A DNA stretch of 63,453 nt, the filler included, from Sphacelaria rigidula (taxonomy: Eukaryota): the NCBI GenBank assembly GCA_964200075.2. It is 9 parts of 9 records of this genome, joined end to end, with 100 filler letters (N's around TTAATTAATTAA, not from the genome) between each part and the next. Parts side by side here need not be neighbours in the genome. Positions count along the whole stretch, not along the records: positions 35,310 to 42,270 come from CAXNAA020017189.1; positions 42,371 to 49,331 come from CAXNAA020017190.1; 7 more parts are not named here. One strand, given 5' to 3'. Within the stretch, counting starts at the first letter, position 1; each line of letters starts with the position of its first letter. The notes below the pieces were generated by a model. It was not told the DNA's origin. It did no database searches and saw nothing but the letters and a program-made list of their open reading frames with translations. A program made the position numbers and the translations under genes. Below, piece by piece: positions 36,200-47,454 of the stretch.

Positions 36200-37976
36200 C
36201 GCCGGCGACTGGCGATGGCGAGCCTCATATACGAAGGAGACTCCTTTCGAGGTCTTTATATTTTGATATCCCTTACGTGCCTTGCAGAAGGCGATGAAAC
36301 GATATCGGCTTATTCCTCCGTAGGGCAAGGTCTTTCATCCATAGGTTAGGTTGTGTTGGCGTGTACCGTAGCAACAACGCATATCCTATTCGGGGGCGTC
36401 CTCTGACTTGATCAAAGATTGCCACGTTTGGATCTCCTTCGTGTATGAGACTCTCATGAGGCCCATCCAAGAATATAAATTCTATTCTTGCTGCTTTGCC
36501 GGCGATTGGCGACGGCGAGCCTCATACACGAATGAGACTCCCTTCGAGGTTGTTATATTTTGATATCCGTTGCGTGCCTTGCAGAACGCGATGAAAAGAT
36601 GTGGGCATGGGCCTATCTCTTCACAGGGCAAGATGAGTCATCGATAGATTAGGTAACGTTGGCATATACCGTAGCAACACAAGGCGTATCCTACTCGGGG
36701 GCGGCTCTTGACGTCATCAAAGATTGTCAAGTTTGGTTCTCCTTCGTGTATGAGGCTCTGACGAGGCCCATCTAAGAAAATACATATCATGCTTGCTACT
36801 TCGCCGGCGATTGGCGACGGCGAGCCTCATATGCGAAGGACACTCCCTTCAAGTTCTTGGTATTTGTTATCCGTTGCGTGCCTTATTTGAGCGATGAAAA
36901 GAAGTGGGCCTATACCTCCATAGGCGAGATGACTCATGATTCATCGATACATTTGGTCATATTGGCATGTGCCCTAGCAACAACGCATATCCTACTCGGA
37001 GTTGGTCTCTGACTTGATCAAAGATTGCCGAGTTTGGGTTTCTTCCGTGTATGAGACTCTCGTGAGGCCCGTCTTACAACATTAATATTGTGCTTGCTTC
37101 GTCGGCGACTGGCGATGGCGAGCCTCATATGCGAAGGAGACTCCCTTCAAAGTCTGTGTATTTTAAAATTCGTTGTGTGCCTTGTAGGGCGCGATGAAAA
37201 GATGTGGGCCTATCCCTCCATAGGACACGATGGCTCGTTGATAGATTAGGTTATTATGTTGTTGGCATGTACCGTGGCGCCACACTGCATATCCTACTCG
37301 GGGGCAGCCTCTTACTTGATCAAAGATTGCCGAGTTTGGGTTTCTTCCGTGTATGAGGCTCTCGTGAGGCCCGTCTTACAACATTAATATTGTGCTTGCT
37401 TCGTCGACGACTGGCGATGGCGAGCCTCATATACAAAGGAGACTCCCTTCAAAGTCTGTGTATTTTAAAATTCGTTGTGTGCCTTGTAGGGCGCGATGAA
37501 AAGATGTGGGCCTATCCCTCCATAGGACACGATGGCTCGTTGGTAGATTAGGTTATTATGTTGTTGGCATGTACCGTGGCGCCACACTGCATATCCTACT
37601 CGGGGGCGGCCTCTTACTTGATCAAAGATTGCCGAGTTTGAGTTTCCTTCGTGTATGAGACTCTCGTGAGGCCCGTCTTACAACATTAATATTGTGCTTG
37701 CTTCGTCGGCGACTGGCGATGGCGAGCCTCATATACAAAGGAGACTCCCTTCAAAGTCCGTGTATTTTAAAATTCGTTGTGTGCCTTGTAGGGCGCGATG
37801 AAAAGATGTGGGCCTATCCCTCCATAGGACACGATGACTCGTTGATAGATTAGGTTATTATGTTGTTGGCATGTACCGTGGCGCCACACTGCATATCCTA
37901 CTCGGGGGCGGCCTCTTACTTGATCAAAGATTGTCGAGTTTGGGTTTCCTTCGTGTATGAGGCTCTGATAGGGCCC
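36200..37976. repeat. Tandem array of six ~300-bp units, each bounded by a ~21-bp inverted motif
   Basis: Units start at ~36200, 36498, 36802, 37102, 37404 and 37706. Motif gagcctcatatacgaaggaga and its inverse tctccttcgtgtatgagactc occur in every unit. Confidence 0.95.
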
Positions 37977-38017
37977 AGCGGATCCTAATTTTTGGGGTTG
38001 AAGTAAAAAATGAGGTT

Positions 38018-39525
38018 CAACCCGCAAATCGGCTACGTTGGGAGAATACCAAACAGTAACACAGAAGGAAAGTCTTTCCCCCCAAAACTCCGCAGGAGGA
38101 GTTGGGCAGTTCGGGCCAGGTGCACCCAACAAATGCGGTGTACACGCGTGTCGATGACGATTTCACCAGAGAGAGGAGCAACGGCAGAGAGGAAGCTCCT
38201 CGCCCGTGTCCTTTGTGTGTCCTCGCTCGGCGAGTACCAATCGCTCGAGAGGCTGGCATCATCGATGCTACCAGCATGTACCCAATTTTCCATGTTGTGT
38301 CTGAAGACCGAGCTGCGGAGAGATTTCGTCTCTTCGTCTTGCCTGAGCACCTCACCGATGCGAATATCAATTTGTCTCTGGCTCTGGTTTTGGACAGCAC
38401 GCGTCCCCGTGCGCTGAAAAACATGTCGTTGAAAAACAGGGCGATGTTCCCGTCACCGCTACTGCTGCTCTCTGTCACACATACGCCCGCAAGAACGGTG
38501 TTGCGGCAAAACCAGATAGATCCAATATCAACTTAAGGGGTGTTATTCATCGTCGATTTTCCCCAACCTCCCCCCAACCGAGCGCTTGACCACACGCCAG
38601 TTGGGGGGAGTGCACAAGAGATCAAACACTTGTGAAGACCTTCTTGACATGCAGAGTTAAAAACGATGCCTGTGGTGGCGACCTAAGTGTTGCTAGCGTC
38701 GTGTAGAGGGGTGCGTCAGCTGCGATCTGGAGCTTCCATTGATCTACTCTACTGACTGCCTTGGGTGTGCACAGCACCTGCCTAGAGGTCACACTGGGTA
38801 CTATTGTAACATGTTATTATGTACCCAAAATCAGAATAGCTTTGGACACGAAAGAGTTCCTTTTTTCAAAGTACGTCGACATGGCTGAAAAGACTCTCCT
38901 TACCCGAGGGAAAGTGTCCGCTTTGGGTCCGTTCAAACGTTCGAAGATAGTGTCGAACAGCACTACTATGAGTCTTTCCTGGCATTGGCATCTACCAATC
39001 AATACAGTACTATCATAAATCGACAATTTAACGTTCTTATCAGAAACCAACGGGCATCGAACTGTTTGCAGGTAGGAAGACGGGCATTTTCATGGACGAG
39101 AAACTCTGTGTTTCCCCGTGGGCGTTGCATGTGGTCCCAAAAACTATGCTGTTCTTCTTATATACCTGGCGCGCGGAGGGGGAAGCCCCAGTCCCTACAG
39201 TGGGGAGAGTCATTTCAACATCTCTCCGCAGCTCGGTCTTGAGGCACAACATGGAAAATTGGGTACATGCTGGTAGCATCGATGATGCCAGTCTCTCGAA
39301 CGATTGGTACTCGCCGAGCGAGGACACACAAAGGACACGGGCGAGGAGCTTCCTCTCTGTCGTTGCTCCTCTCTCTGGTGATATCGTCATCGACACGCGT
39401 GTACACCGCATTTGTTGGGTGCATCTGGCCCGAACTGCCCAACTCCTCCTGCGGAGTTTTGGGGGGAAAGACTTTCCTTCTGTGTTACTGTTTGGTATTT
39501 TCCCAACGTGAACGATTTGCGGGTC
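38018..39525. repeat. Inverted duplication (~310-bp arms 38018-38324 / 39218-39525) of an ORF-bearing segment
   Basis: Both arms encode SLRSSV(F/L)RHNMENWVHAGSIDDASLS(S/N)DWYSPSEDTQRTRARSFLS...LLFGI(L/F)PT*, diverging outward. Confidence 0.92.
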
Positions 39526-40030
39526 CTGAGGCATAGGTGCGAGCACTTCTGTGCTAACTGCGTGCTCAATGTGTGAAAGCGCGTATTAAATGAAAAAAAG
39601 CGCGAGCAGCCGAACCGCATCTGCGGCCGAATGATGCATGCAGTTTGCCTTGCCGCAAATCACACGATGCTGTCGTGTGACCAACCCACGAGTGTTGCTG
39701 TGGCATATGCGTTATTATTACGGCAAAACAATGCCCGATACGGTTCCCAACGTCATCGCTAGTCCTTTCTGAAATAACGTTTAAACCACGACACTGCGGC
39801 TGTTTTCGCTGTGCGCAGACGCGGAGTTCCGAGTTATGCGAATTGCTGTAGTAGCTGGATGCTCTCTCTGTGCATCCACCGGTTTGTATCGCATGAACAC
39901 TTCGCGATATTACAAGATGGGTTTTGTCGCCGGGTGATGCGCCACATTACCCTCCCCCATGTGCACATATTTTGTGACGAAACCTGTCAACACGAATCAT
40001 GGGATATGCCAGAATATGCATACAAATTAA

Positions 40031-40128
40031 GCCTTAGACCGCGAGGGTAGTCTATCCGGATCATGCATACTTTTTTCATTTGAAATTGATGCCGATTCAG
40101 CAGATGACCTACTCTCGCTGTCTAAGGG
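40031..40128. mobile_element. ~100-bp piggyBac-type MITE (TTAA TSD); copies at ~33968-34068 and ~43990-44085, related ends at ~54860-54912 and ~63347-63361
   Basis: TTAA|gccttagaccgcgagggtag...ctactctcgctgtctaaggg|TTAA, with a conserved internal tgatgccgattc. Confidence 0.85.
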
Positions 40129-40699
40129 TTAAATATGTGTTCCAACATATTAACTTGTTGCTACACACTGATCTTGATACACGTGTATTACGAGGCTTCA
40201 AAATTTTGGTCTTGTGTTGAGATGCAGAGGATAAACATGGACAAACTTCTGCAACAACAGTATGTATCCGGTGTGTAACTGCGTGTTTCCGTCGTTCGAA
40301 CAAATCGCGCGGGCGAGATCAAACGTTTTCGAATACAATTGTTTGGGCAATTCATCTCCGCACTTACACGCATGAAAGAGTGCACATTAGATGCCCCATG
40401 AAGAGCATGAATCGGCGCGCATTCCTTTTGGTCTGCGTGTACTTTTTGTTATGAAAATGTTGGCTCATGTCCATGTACAAGTCAATGTTCAGTTCCGTAG
40501 CACCGCTGTTGTATCATAGCAGACCTTGTCGGTCTAATATGTATCGGTTCATGTGTAACGTATGGTATGCGGAGGAACTACTTTGCTGTGTGTTCTGCCG
40601 CGTGGAGGTCACTCCTCCTGTCTGGATCTTTCTGGATGCTCTGGTATATATGCTGTCCTGTTATCTCTGGATAGCTACCGTTGTCTAGACTTCACTGTA

Positions 40700-41340
40700 C
40701 TCTGTGCATTTCATCTGTGTGCGTATTGGCCACCTAGGCGCCACATTTTATCGTCACATCATCGTCTCTACAGCACGGAAGTATTTTCCTACTTCTCTTG
40801 TGTTACCCGCTGCAAGTGTCATCACGTCTCGACTAACATCGAGAGACACAGCCACTGCCCACAGTGCCTGGGGTACATCCAATATCCATAACACTTTTGT
40901 CATTTGCTTTTGTCGGGGACGGTGGTTTATCGGGGAGAGTCCTTGGATAGGCCGGCTAAGTCAGAGACGATCTCGTCGATCACGAATGCGATTCGAGTGC
41001 TGTTTTTTGCGTTGTGTGCTTGAAATCACGTTACATGTTCTGATGACCTCGCTTTCCGGGAACGTCCCACGCTCGGCACACCAGGCACCAAGAAGTATTT
41101 TTTTTGCAGAGTTTGAGCGAACGCTGGAAGAATTGAGAAGAAAGGAGCTCATCTTGCAGTGCGTGTCAGGGGTGTGGACGTGTATGTCGCGCCTGAACAG
41201 GGAGGACGTCGCTTACACGCACGGTTTGCTCGTTCTAATGATGTTGTGTGTAATCGAGTGTATCCACATAGAAGAAAGGAAACCAGGATGAGCTGTCTAT
41301 GGTCGATAAAATTCCGTCGAACAGCCTGACAAAATTCGGA
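40700..41340 (-). mobile_element. Possible decayed Gypsy integrase fragment
   Basis: Degenerate motifs HPGFLSSMW, QHH*NEQTVRVSDVL and APF in shifting frames, reminiscent of the integrase core. Confidence 0.3.
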
Positions 41341-42446
41341 GGCTAACACCCCCCCGATTCGCATCCCTAACTGTAGTTGGTAACCTCGAAATCTTCTGAT
41401 GGTTGGGTCGTGGGTTCAAATCTCGGAGTGGTATGGAATTGTTTCTCACACCATGCCCAACAGTGGAGAGCGACTATGTCGTGGGTACACAGTACACAAA
41501 ATTCGACTCAACGATCGACGAGGGAAAGGGACTGCTGAACCCCTCTCACGATAAAAAATTAAAGGCAAGCACCGCAGAAGGAAGGTGAGGTGCTAAAAGT
41601 AAATAAAAAAGGAAAGCTCCTGTGTTGGCCTTCCTCCTATGTGACCCCGGCTGGTGCGCCCACATATACCGGAAGGTGTAGGCCGGCGTCCAGGATAGGG
41701 GGGACGACAACACACACACACTGTAGCCCGAAGACAACATAATATGTAACACACAAACAATCTCAAGCTCCACTGGCTGCGAGCATGATGCCTTGCGCGG
41801 CGGGTATTACAGTGTTTGTGAAGCAGTATTACTGCAAAGAGGTGTAACATAGCGGAGGTGTCGTACCATCTTTGTAAGGCCAAGCTGGCCTGGATGAACG
41901 AGGGTGGATCAAGGGAAACAAAACGAACTTGCATGGCAGACTTCATACACCGTTGCAGAAGCTGCCGATGCGCGCACGTCACATGTCTATGGGTGGGTAG
42001 GACGAGTGTAGGTACTTAAGTTTCACTGGTGGTGAGAGAAGCACTTGTACAGCACTACAGAATACACATTGTGTGGTTTTCTGTCTTTTTGCCCTACTAT
42101 TTTGTTTTTTGCTTCCGAGATGTTACGTGTGTGTGGCGTGCATGTGTTGGGTTGGATGCTCTGTTCCAGTGATGTGGGGATAACTTCGATAACGCGGTAC
42201 GAGCTGGGCCAGCCTAAAAACGGGTTTAAGCTCCAAAAGTAATATCTCATCGACACAGACGAGTTGGGCCNNNNNNNNNNNNNNNNNNNNNNNNNNNNNN
42301 NNNNNNNNNNNNNNTTAATTAATTAANNNNNNNNNNNNNNNNNNNNNNNNNNNNNNNNNNNNNNNNNNNNCGTTATGGGGCCAATCCCCTGTCAAAAGGG
42401 GATTGTGAAAAAGGGGATTATCCCCTTCGTTAAGACAGGCCCTTAA

Positions 42447-43499
42447 CCCTCTTGGGACCGAACCCCCACGAACACGAGGTTGACGATGTTTTGGTGAGAT
42501 AATAAAAATATGTCAGAGAGCGACCTGCCCAATCATGGCGAGGCGAAGTTTATCGACCAGACCCGAACGACCAGCGCGGGGACTGTTCCGAGTGTGATGT
42601 CACTGCAAAGATTGTGTGGGGGCCCCATCCCTGGCACAGATAAGCTTTCCCTGGTGTGCAAATCCAGGATGCTCGGGGCATGGCTTCTCGTGTTACTTGC
42701 ATTCAGTGAAGCGTTCCAGGGATTCCCCGGGAGTTTTGTTTGGGTCGCCAGCCTATATTAAAACGTAGTATTTACCCTCACACAGGGTGGAGTCGGAAAA
42801 ACCGGGGAGGAGTGTACATGCCACGATGTGGCCATTTCCACGAGGCACTTGACCCAGGTGGGCCGTGGAAAGACAAAAGGAGCTACCGTATTGGATTCTG
42901 CTTATCCCCCTGCCGATGACTTGCAGAACACTGTCAACATGTATGTGGTAGGCGGGGATGAAGAAGCTGTGTATAGGCAGCTGATCTCCGTCGCTGAGAA
43001 CTGCACAGAACATGCTAGAGAGTGTGCAGCGGTAGCTGCTGCTGCAGTCGGATAGGCGTACTGTACTGTACGGTGTGCGCGCCGCAACGCCCATACCCTT
43101 CGGAGATAATTCGCTGCTTGCAACAAAGAGGGAAATCGCGGCCCACCCCAACCATAAAGGGCTGTGTGGCAAAGTGATGGGGTTAATGATATCATCCAAA
43201 GCCACAAGTGGCGGGCGGCCCGCCGGCCGCCGCATCCTGTTGAAAGCTCTGTACGGCGACCCTCATTACTCGTTCATCAGATGTACATCACCTAATGCGC
43301 ACCCCACCCGGATTACAGTTTGTATCTGCACCTGAAAATAGATTGGATGAAACTTTCGGTCTTCCTCCTAACCATGCATGCGACGGTTACATATACGTAG
43401 ATTTTCACATGAAGCCACTGCTTCGTGCAGACGCCAGACACGTCATTCTCATTCCTAACCAGCCTCGTTGGTCGTTCTGGAGGCCCGGTCCCCAAAGGG
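42447..43499 (+). mobile_element. ~1.05-kb piggyBac-like non-autonomous element, copy 1
   Basis: TTAA|ccctcttgggaccg ... cggtccccaaaggg|TTGA. Homologous over its whole length to 46212-47259 in inverted orientation. Confidence 0.85.
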
Positions 43500-45015
43500 T
43501 TGAAGGGTACAAATTTATAAACTGGAAAAGCATTGTTGTTCAAAAGTTTCGTAATACCCCATAGTATTTGTACGCAAAATTCCAGAGCCTCACTCCAATT
43601 GTCGGCGTGAGCATTTCAACCTTTGTGCGATGAAGTGAGCTTGAACGGGACAAACTTGAAACCCTCACTTCTTGATTTTAGTATCGAAATGACTGTTCGG
43701 ATACGTGTGGGGTTGAACGATCCCATTGCATCAGTTTTTTGAGTGGCGCTTCGAAACCCAGCTTCCGGGGGTCTTCACGCCAGGACCCGCGGAAGCCGGT
43801 AAAAGAGCGGAGGAAAAATGTTCAATTCGGAGCACCAATACCTACCGAACTGGCTTCCACTACTTGAAGCATTCAAAGGTAGGGTGGAAATATCGTCGGA
43901 AATTCGTATATTGAATTTCAGAAGAAATTGAAGGTCGCTGATTGGTCGAGGTACCTTGTCGCCCTTATTGCCACTGATGTGGCCTCAAACCTTTGACCGT
44001 GAGGGTAGTTCATCTTGGTGTGCATATTATTTTTCTAGAAATTGATGCCGATTCCACTGATGACCTACTCTCGCTGTCAGAGGGTCGAACAAAAGCCGGT
44101 CATGTCGCCGTCTTCAGTAGGCCCTGGCAACCATTATGACAACATGCATGCGACTATTGGGTAGGTATTGCGAAATATATTTGCTGACGAGTGGATTCTG
44201 GACGAAAACCGTGAACTAGACTGTAGTGAAAAAACGGCTGTTCTGAATCCCGAATACCTTATGGTCTATCCGGGTCCGTAGTGGGAAAATACTCGTGTTT
44301 GGGGGACTTTTCTTTGGTCGTGTTGGTGAAAGCCGAGATTAGGTTCCGGCACTGGTGCTCATGAAGCGCACAAAGTCATCACATGGTGTCGCTACTGTGA
44401 TCTGAAAAGATTATCCACTCGACAGACGCTTGTGGGAATCTTTCCTCCCATATGGTAGTATCAGTATCCACACATTCCAGCCGGAACAGGCCTTGTGTAC
44501 ACGCAGGTGAGCCGGGACCAGGCTCAGAGCAAATACATACACACTGAAACTGTGTGCGTGTCGTCAGGCTGCGCAGGCACCATGTGGCCCCAAAACCTCT
44601 TCACGGTTGCTTCGTTCGCACCCCGAAGCAGGCACCATTTCTTCATATGCCGACCGTTCTACCCTATATATACACGCCATCTTCCGTTGTTATGACGCAT
44701 CAATCGACACGCAGCCAAGATTGCGCTGAGCTTTTCATGTCTAATGAAATAGCTGGCTGGTAGAAGTAGCCCCTTCCAGCAGCGCTAAGCTTCGATCAAA
44801 GGTTGTATCGTGGCTTAGTACTACTGCAGAGTGTGGCGGTTGTTCCTCACCTCCGCGCGTTTTCTGTCGTGCAGTAGTCTGAGTTGCGGGCATATGGAAA
44901 TCCACTGCTTCGTGCAAAACATGCGCCCATGCGCCCATCACGTCCACAACTGACAATTGATTTCGGATTTCTGCACGGCAAACAATACCCCTGAAGGTGA
45001 AAGTGATGTTCTTTC

Positions 45016-45219
45016 CAAGGACAGGTCGAGTAGAGTATACTCAATGCGGGGTATTTTGAAAGTCGTACTTGAAGTACACAAACTGGGGGTAGGGCTTTAG
45101 GGATCGTTTTACAGTTATATTTTGGGTACGACTCCCAACACTCTACCCTAATTTGAGTACCCCAAGTACGTCTTTCAAAATACCCCGCAATTGAGTGTAC
45201 TCTACTCAACCTGCCCTTG
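45016..45219. mobile_element. MITE (204 bp, CAAGG ends, 8-bp TSD; P/hAT-like)
   Basis: ~60-bp TIR caaggacaggtcgagtagagtatactcaatgcggggtattttgaaag. Perfect TSD GTTCTTTC (45008-45015, 45220-45227). Confidence 0.92.
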
Positions 45220-46211
45220 GTTCTTTCGCACGTTGTGTTGCTCCCGTAGAGAGTCGTCTTTCTGTGACGAAAAATGCACACGCCAAAACCGTGTTCGTAG
45301 ATGTGATGCTGCTCTGGGTGCCTAGTTTCGACTTTCGAGATAAATGCCGCACACAGGCCTTTTGCTTTTTTCGAGTGGGTGTGCTTTTGCGCAAGGCCTT
45401 TTCCCCGTAACCATGTTTCAGTGGCTGACCATTTCTGGTGTTTTTTTCACTCCTAGTCTACTACCCTGTTCGTCCGTGTTACCTTCATGTTTCCTTCGCT
45501 TTTCTTCAGCGGGTGCTTTTGTTACGTTCCGTCTCGGGTACTGCACGCCTACCTTGTGGATAATGACCACGGCTGGATCATGACTACCTTGGGGGATCAC
45601 TTGAAGTCCGACAATCTACTAATCGATCAACCAATCAGGAAGAAGGGCATGGAAAAATCATGCATCACACGATGAGTTATGCACCGCAGAGGAACGCGCG
45701 TCGGAGCAGTCAGCAGTTTTGAATTCTTCCATACCAGTACAGTGGATACTACGACTTGGTCCCGGAAAAATAATGGGCCCTCGCCGCAGCCCGCCTACGA
45801 GTACCAGGCGTTCGGCGCAACGACATTTGTCAGTGATGTCAGCGCAGCAGGCGCGGCAGGTGGAAATAGTCCGTTGAGGGCGAGTGTTTTCACCCCTCAC
45901 ATTGCGTTTGCCTCCCTCTTACTGCTTGTCCGCCATGGCCTCGCCCCAAATACAAAGTGTGGAGTATGATGGTCGCTATCGACTCGATGAGAGATACGGG
46001 CTACTGGAGGTATTTGTCCCTCGAGTGACGCGATGCGGCGCGTATGTTGGGACTCATATCAGTAGTACAGTCCGGTGGTTGCCGTGGATGTCCATGCTCT
46101 ATTGCCAGGAGGTATGTTAGCTTCGCGGGCAGCCTGAATGATTTCAGGAAAGTCCGAAACATTGCGAGCAGGGCCAGCCGAGAAGCGAATCTGTAGTTTG
46201 CAGGTCTATTA

Positions 46212-47259
46212 GCCCTTTTGGGACCGGGCCTCCAGAACGACCAATGGGGCCGGTTAGGAATGACGTGTCTGGCGTGTGCACGAAACAGTGGCGTGTGGAA
46301 ATCCGCGTATGTAACCGCAGGTTTATGACGAAGACCGAAAAATTCATTCGATCTATTTTTAGATGCAAGGTGCACATTAGGTGATATACATCTGATGTAG
46401 CAAGCAGTATGGGTCGCGGTAGATAGCCTCCAACAGGATACGGCGACCGGTGGGCCGCCCGCCACTTGTGGCTGTAGAAGATATTATTGTCTCTATCACC
46501 TTGCCACACAGCCCTTCGTGGTCGGGGTGGGCCGCCGTTTCCCTCTTTGTTGCAGGCAGCAAATTCTCTTTGAAGGGTATATCAGCGTTGCGGTGCGCAT
46601 ACATACAACATTATAGTACAGTACAAGTACAGTGCAGTACGCCTCTCCGACTGCAACAGCAGCTGCCGTTGCATACTCCCTTGCACGTTCTGGGCAATTC
46701 TCAGCCACCGAGATCAACTGCCTATATATCGCTTCTTCATCCCTGCCCACTACATACATGTTAACTGCACACTGCAAGTTATCGGCAGAGGGATATACAG
46801 AATTCATGACGGTAGCTCCTTTAGTCTTTCCACGGCCCACCTCGGTTTAGTGTCTCGTGAAAATAACCACATTGTAACATGTACACTCCTTCCCGAGTTT
46901 TTCCGGTCCACCCTGTGTTCGTATAAATTACTACGTTTCAGTATAGGATTGGGACCCAAAAAACACTCCGGAAAACCCGGGAACGGTATACTCAGTGCAA
47001 GTAATACCATAAAACCAAGCTGTGACCACCCTGCGCTCGGAAACCTGGGGAGGCTTATCTGGGCCAGGGATGGGGCCCCCACACGATCTTTGCAGTGGCA
47101 TCACACTCGACAACAATCGCCGCGCTGGTCGTTCGGGTCAGGTTTATATGTTTCGCCTCGCCGGGATTGGGCAGGTCGCTCGAAGACTTATTTATTGTTC
47201 CACTAACACAGGGTCAACGCTGTTGACCCTGTGTTAGTAAGGGTCCGGTCCCAACAGGG
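46212..47259 (-). mobile_element. ~1.05-kb piggyBac-like non-autonomous element, copy 2 (inverted)
   Basis: TTAG|cccttttgggaccgg ... ccggtcccaacaggg|TTAA. Confidence 0.85.
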
Positions 47260-47263
47260 TTAA

Positions 47264-47454
47264 CCGGCCAATATTTAGAGCTGGACCCTGAAATTTGGTG
47301 TGGACAATGAATAGGGCGTTGTACTGATACCCGAAAACTGGTTATTGCCCTTAACTCATGAAAAAACAAACTTGTGTGCACTGGTTTTTGTTTCTATTAT
47401 GCCCTATTTATTGTCCATACCAATTGTCAGGGTCTAAGTTCAATTATTGGCCGG
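47264..47454. mobile_element. MITE with ~55-bp TIRs bounded by TTAA
   Basis: ttaa ccggccaatatttagagctggaccctgaaatttggtgtggacaatgaatagggc versus rc ttaa ccggccaataattgaacttagaccctgacaattggtatggacaataaatagggc. Confidence 0.85.

Noticed and set aside
36200-37976. CRISPR- or integron-like array
   Set aside because: Whole units are homologous with no unique spacers or cassettes, no cas or integrase gene is visible, and the context is eukaryotic.
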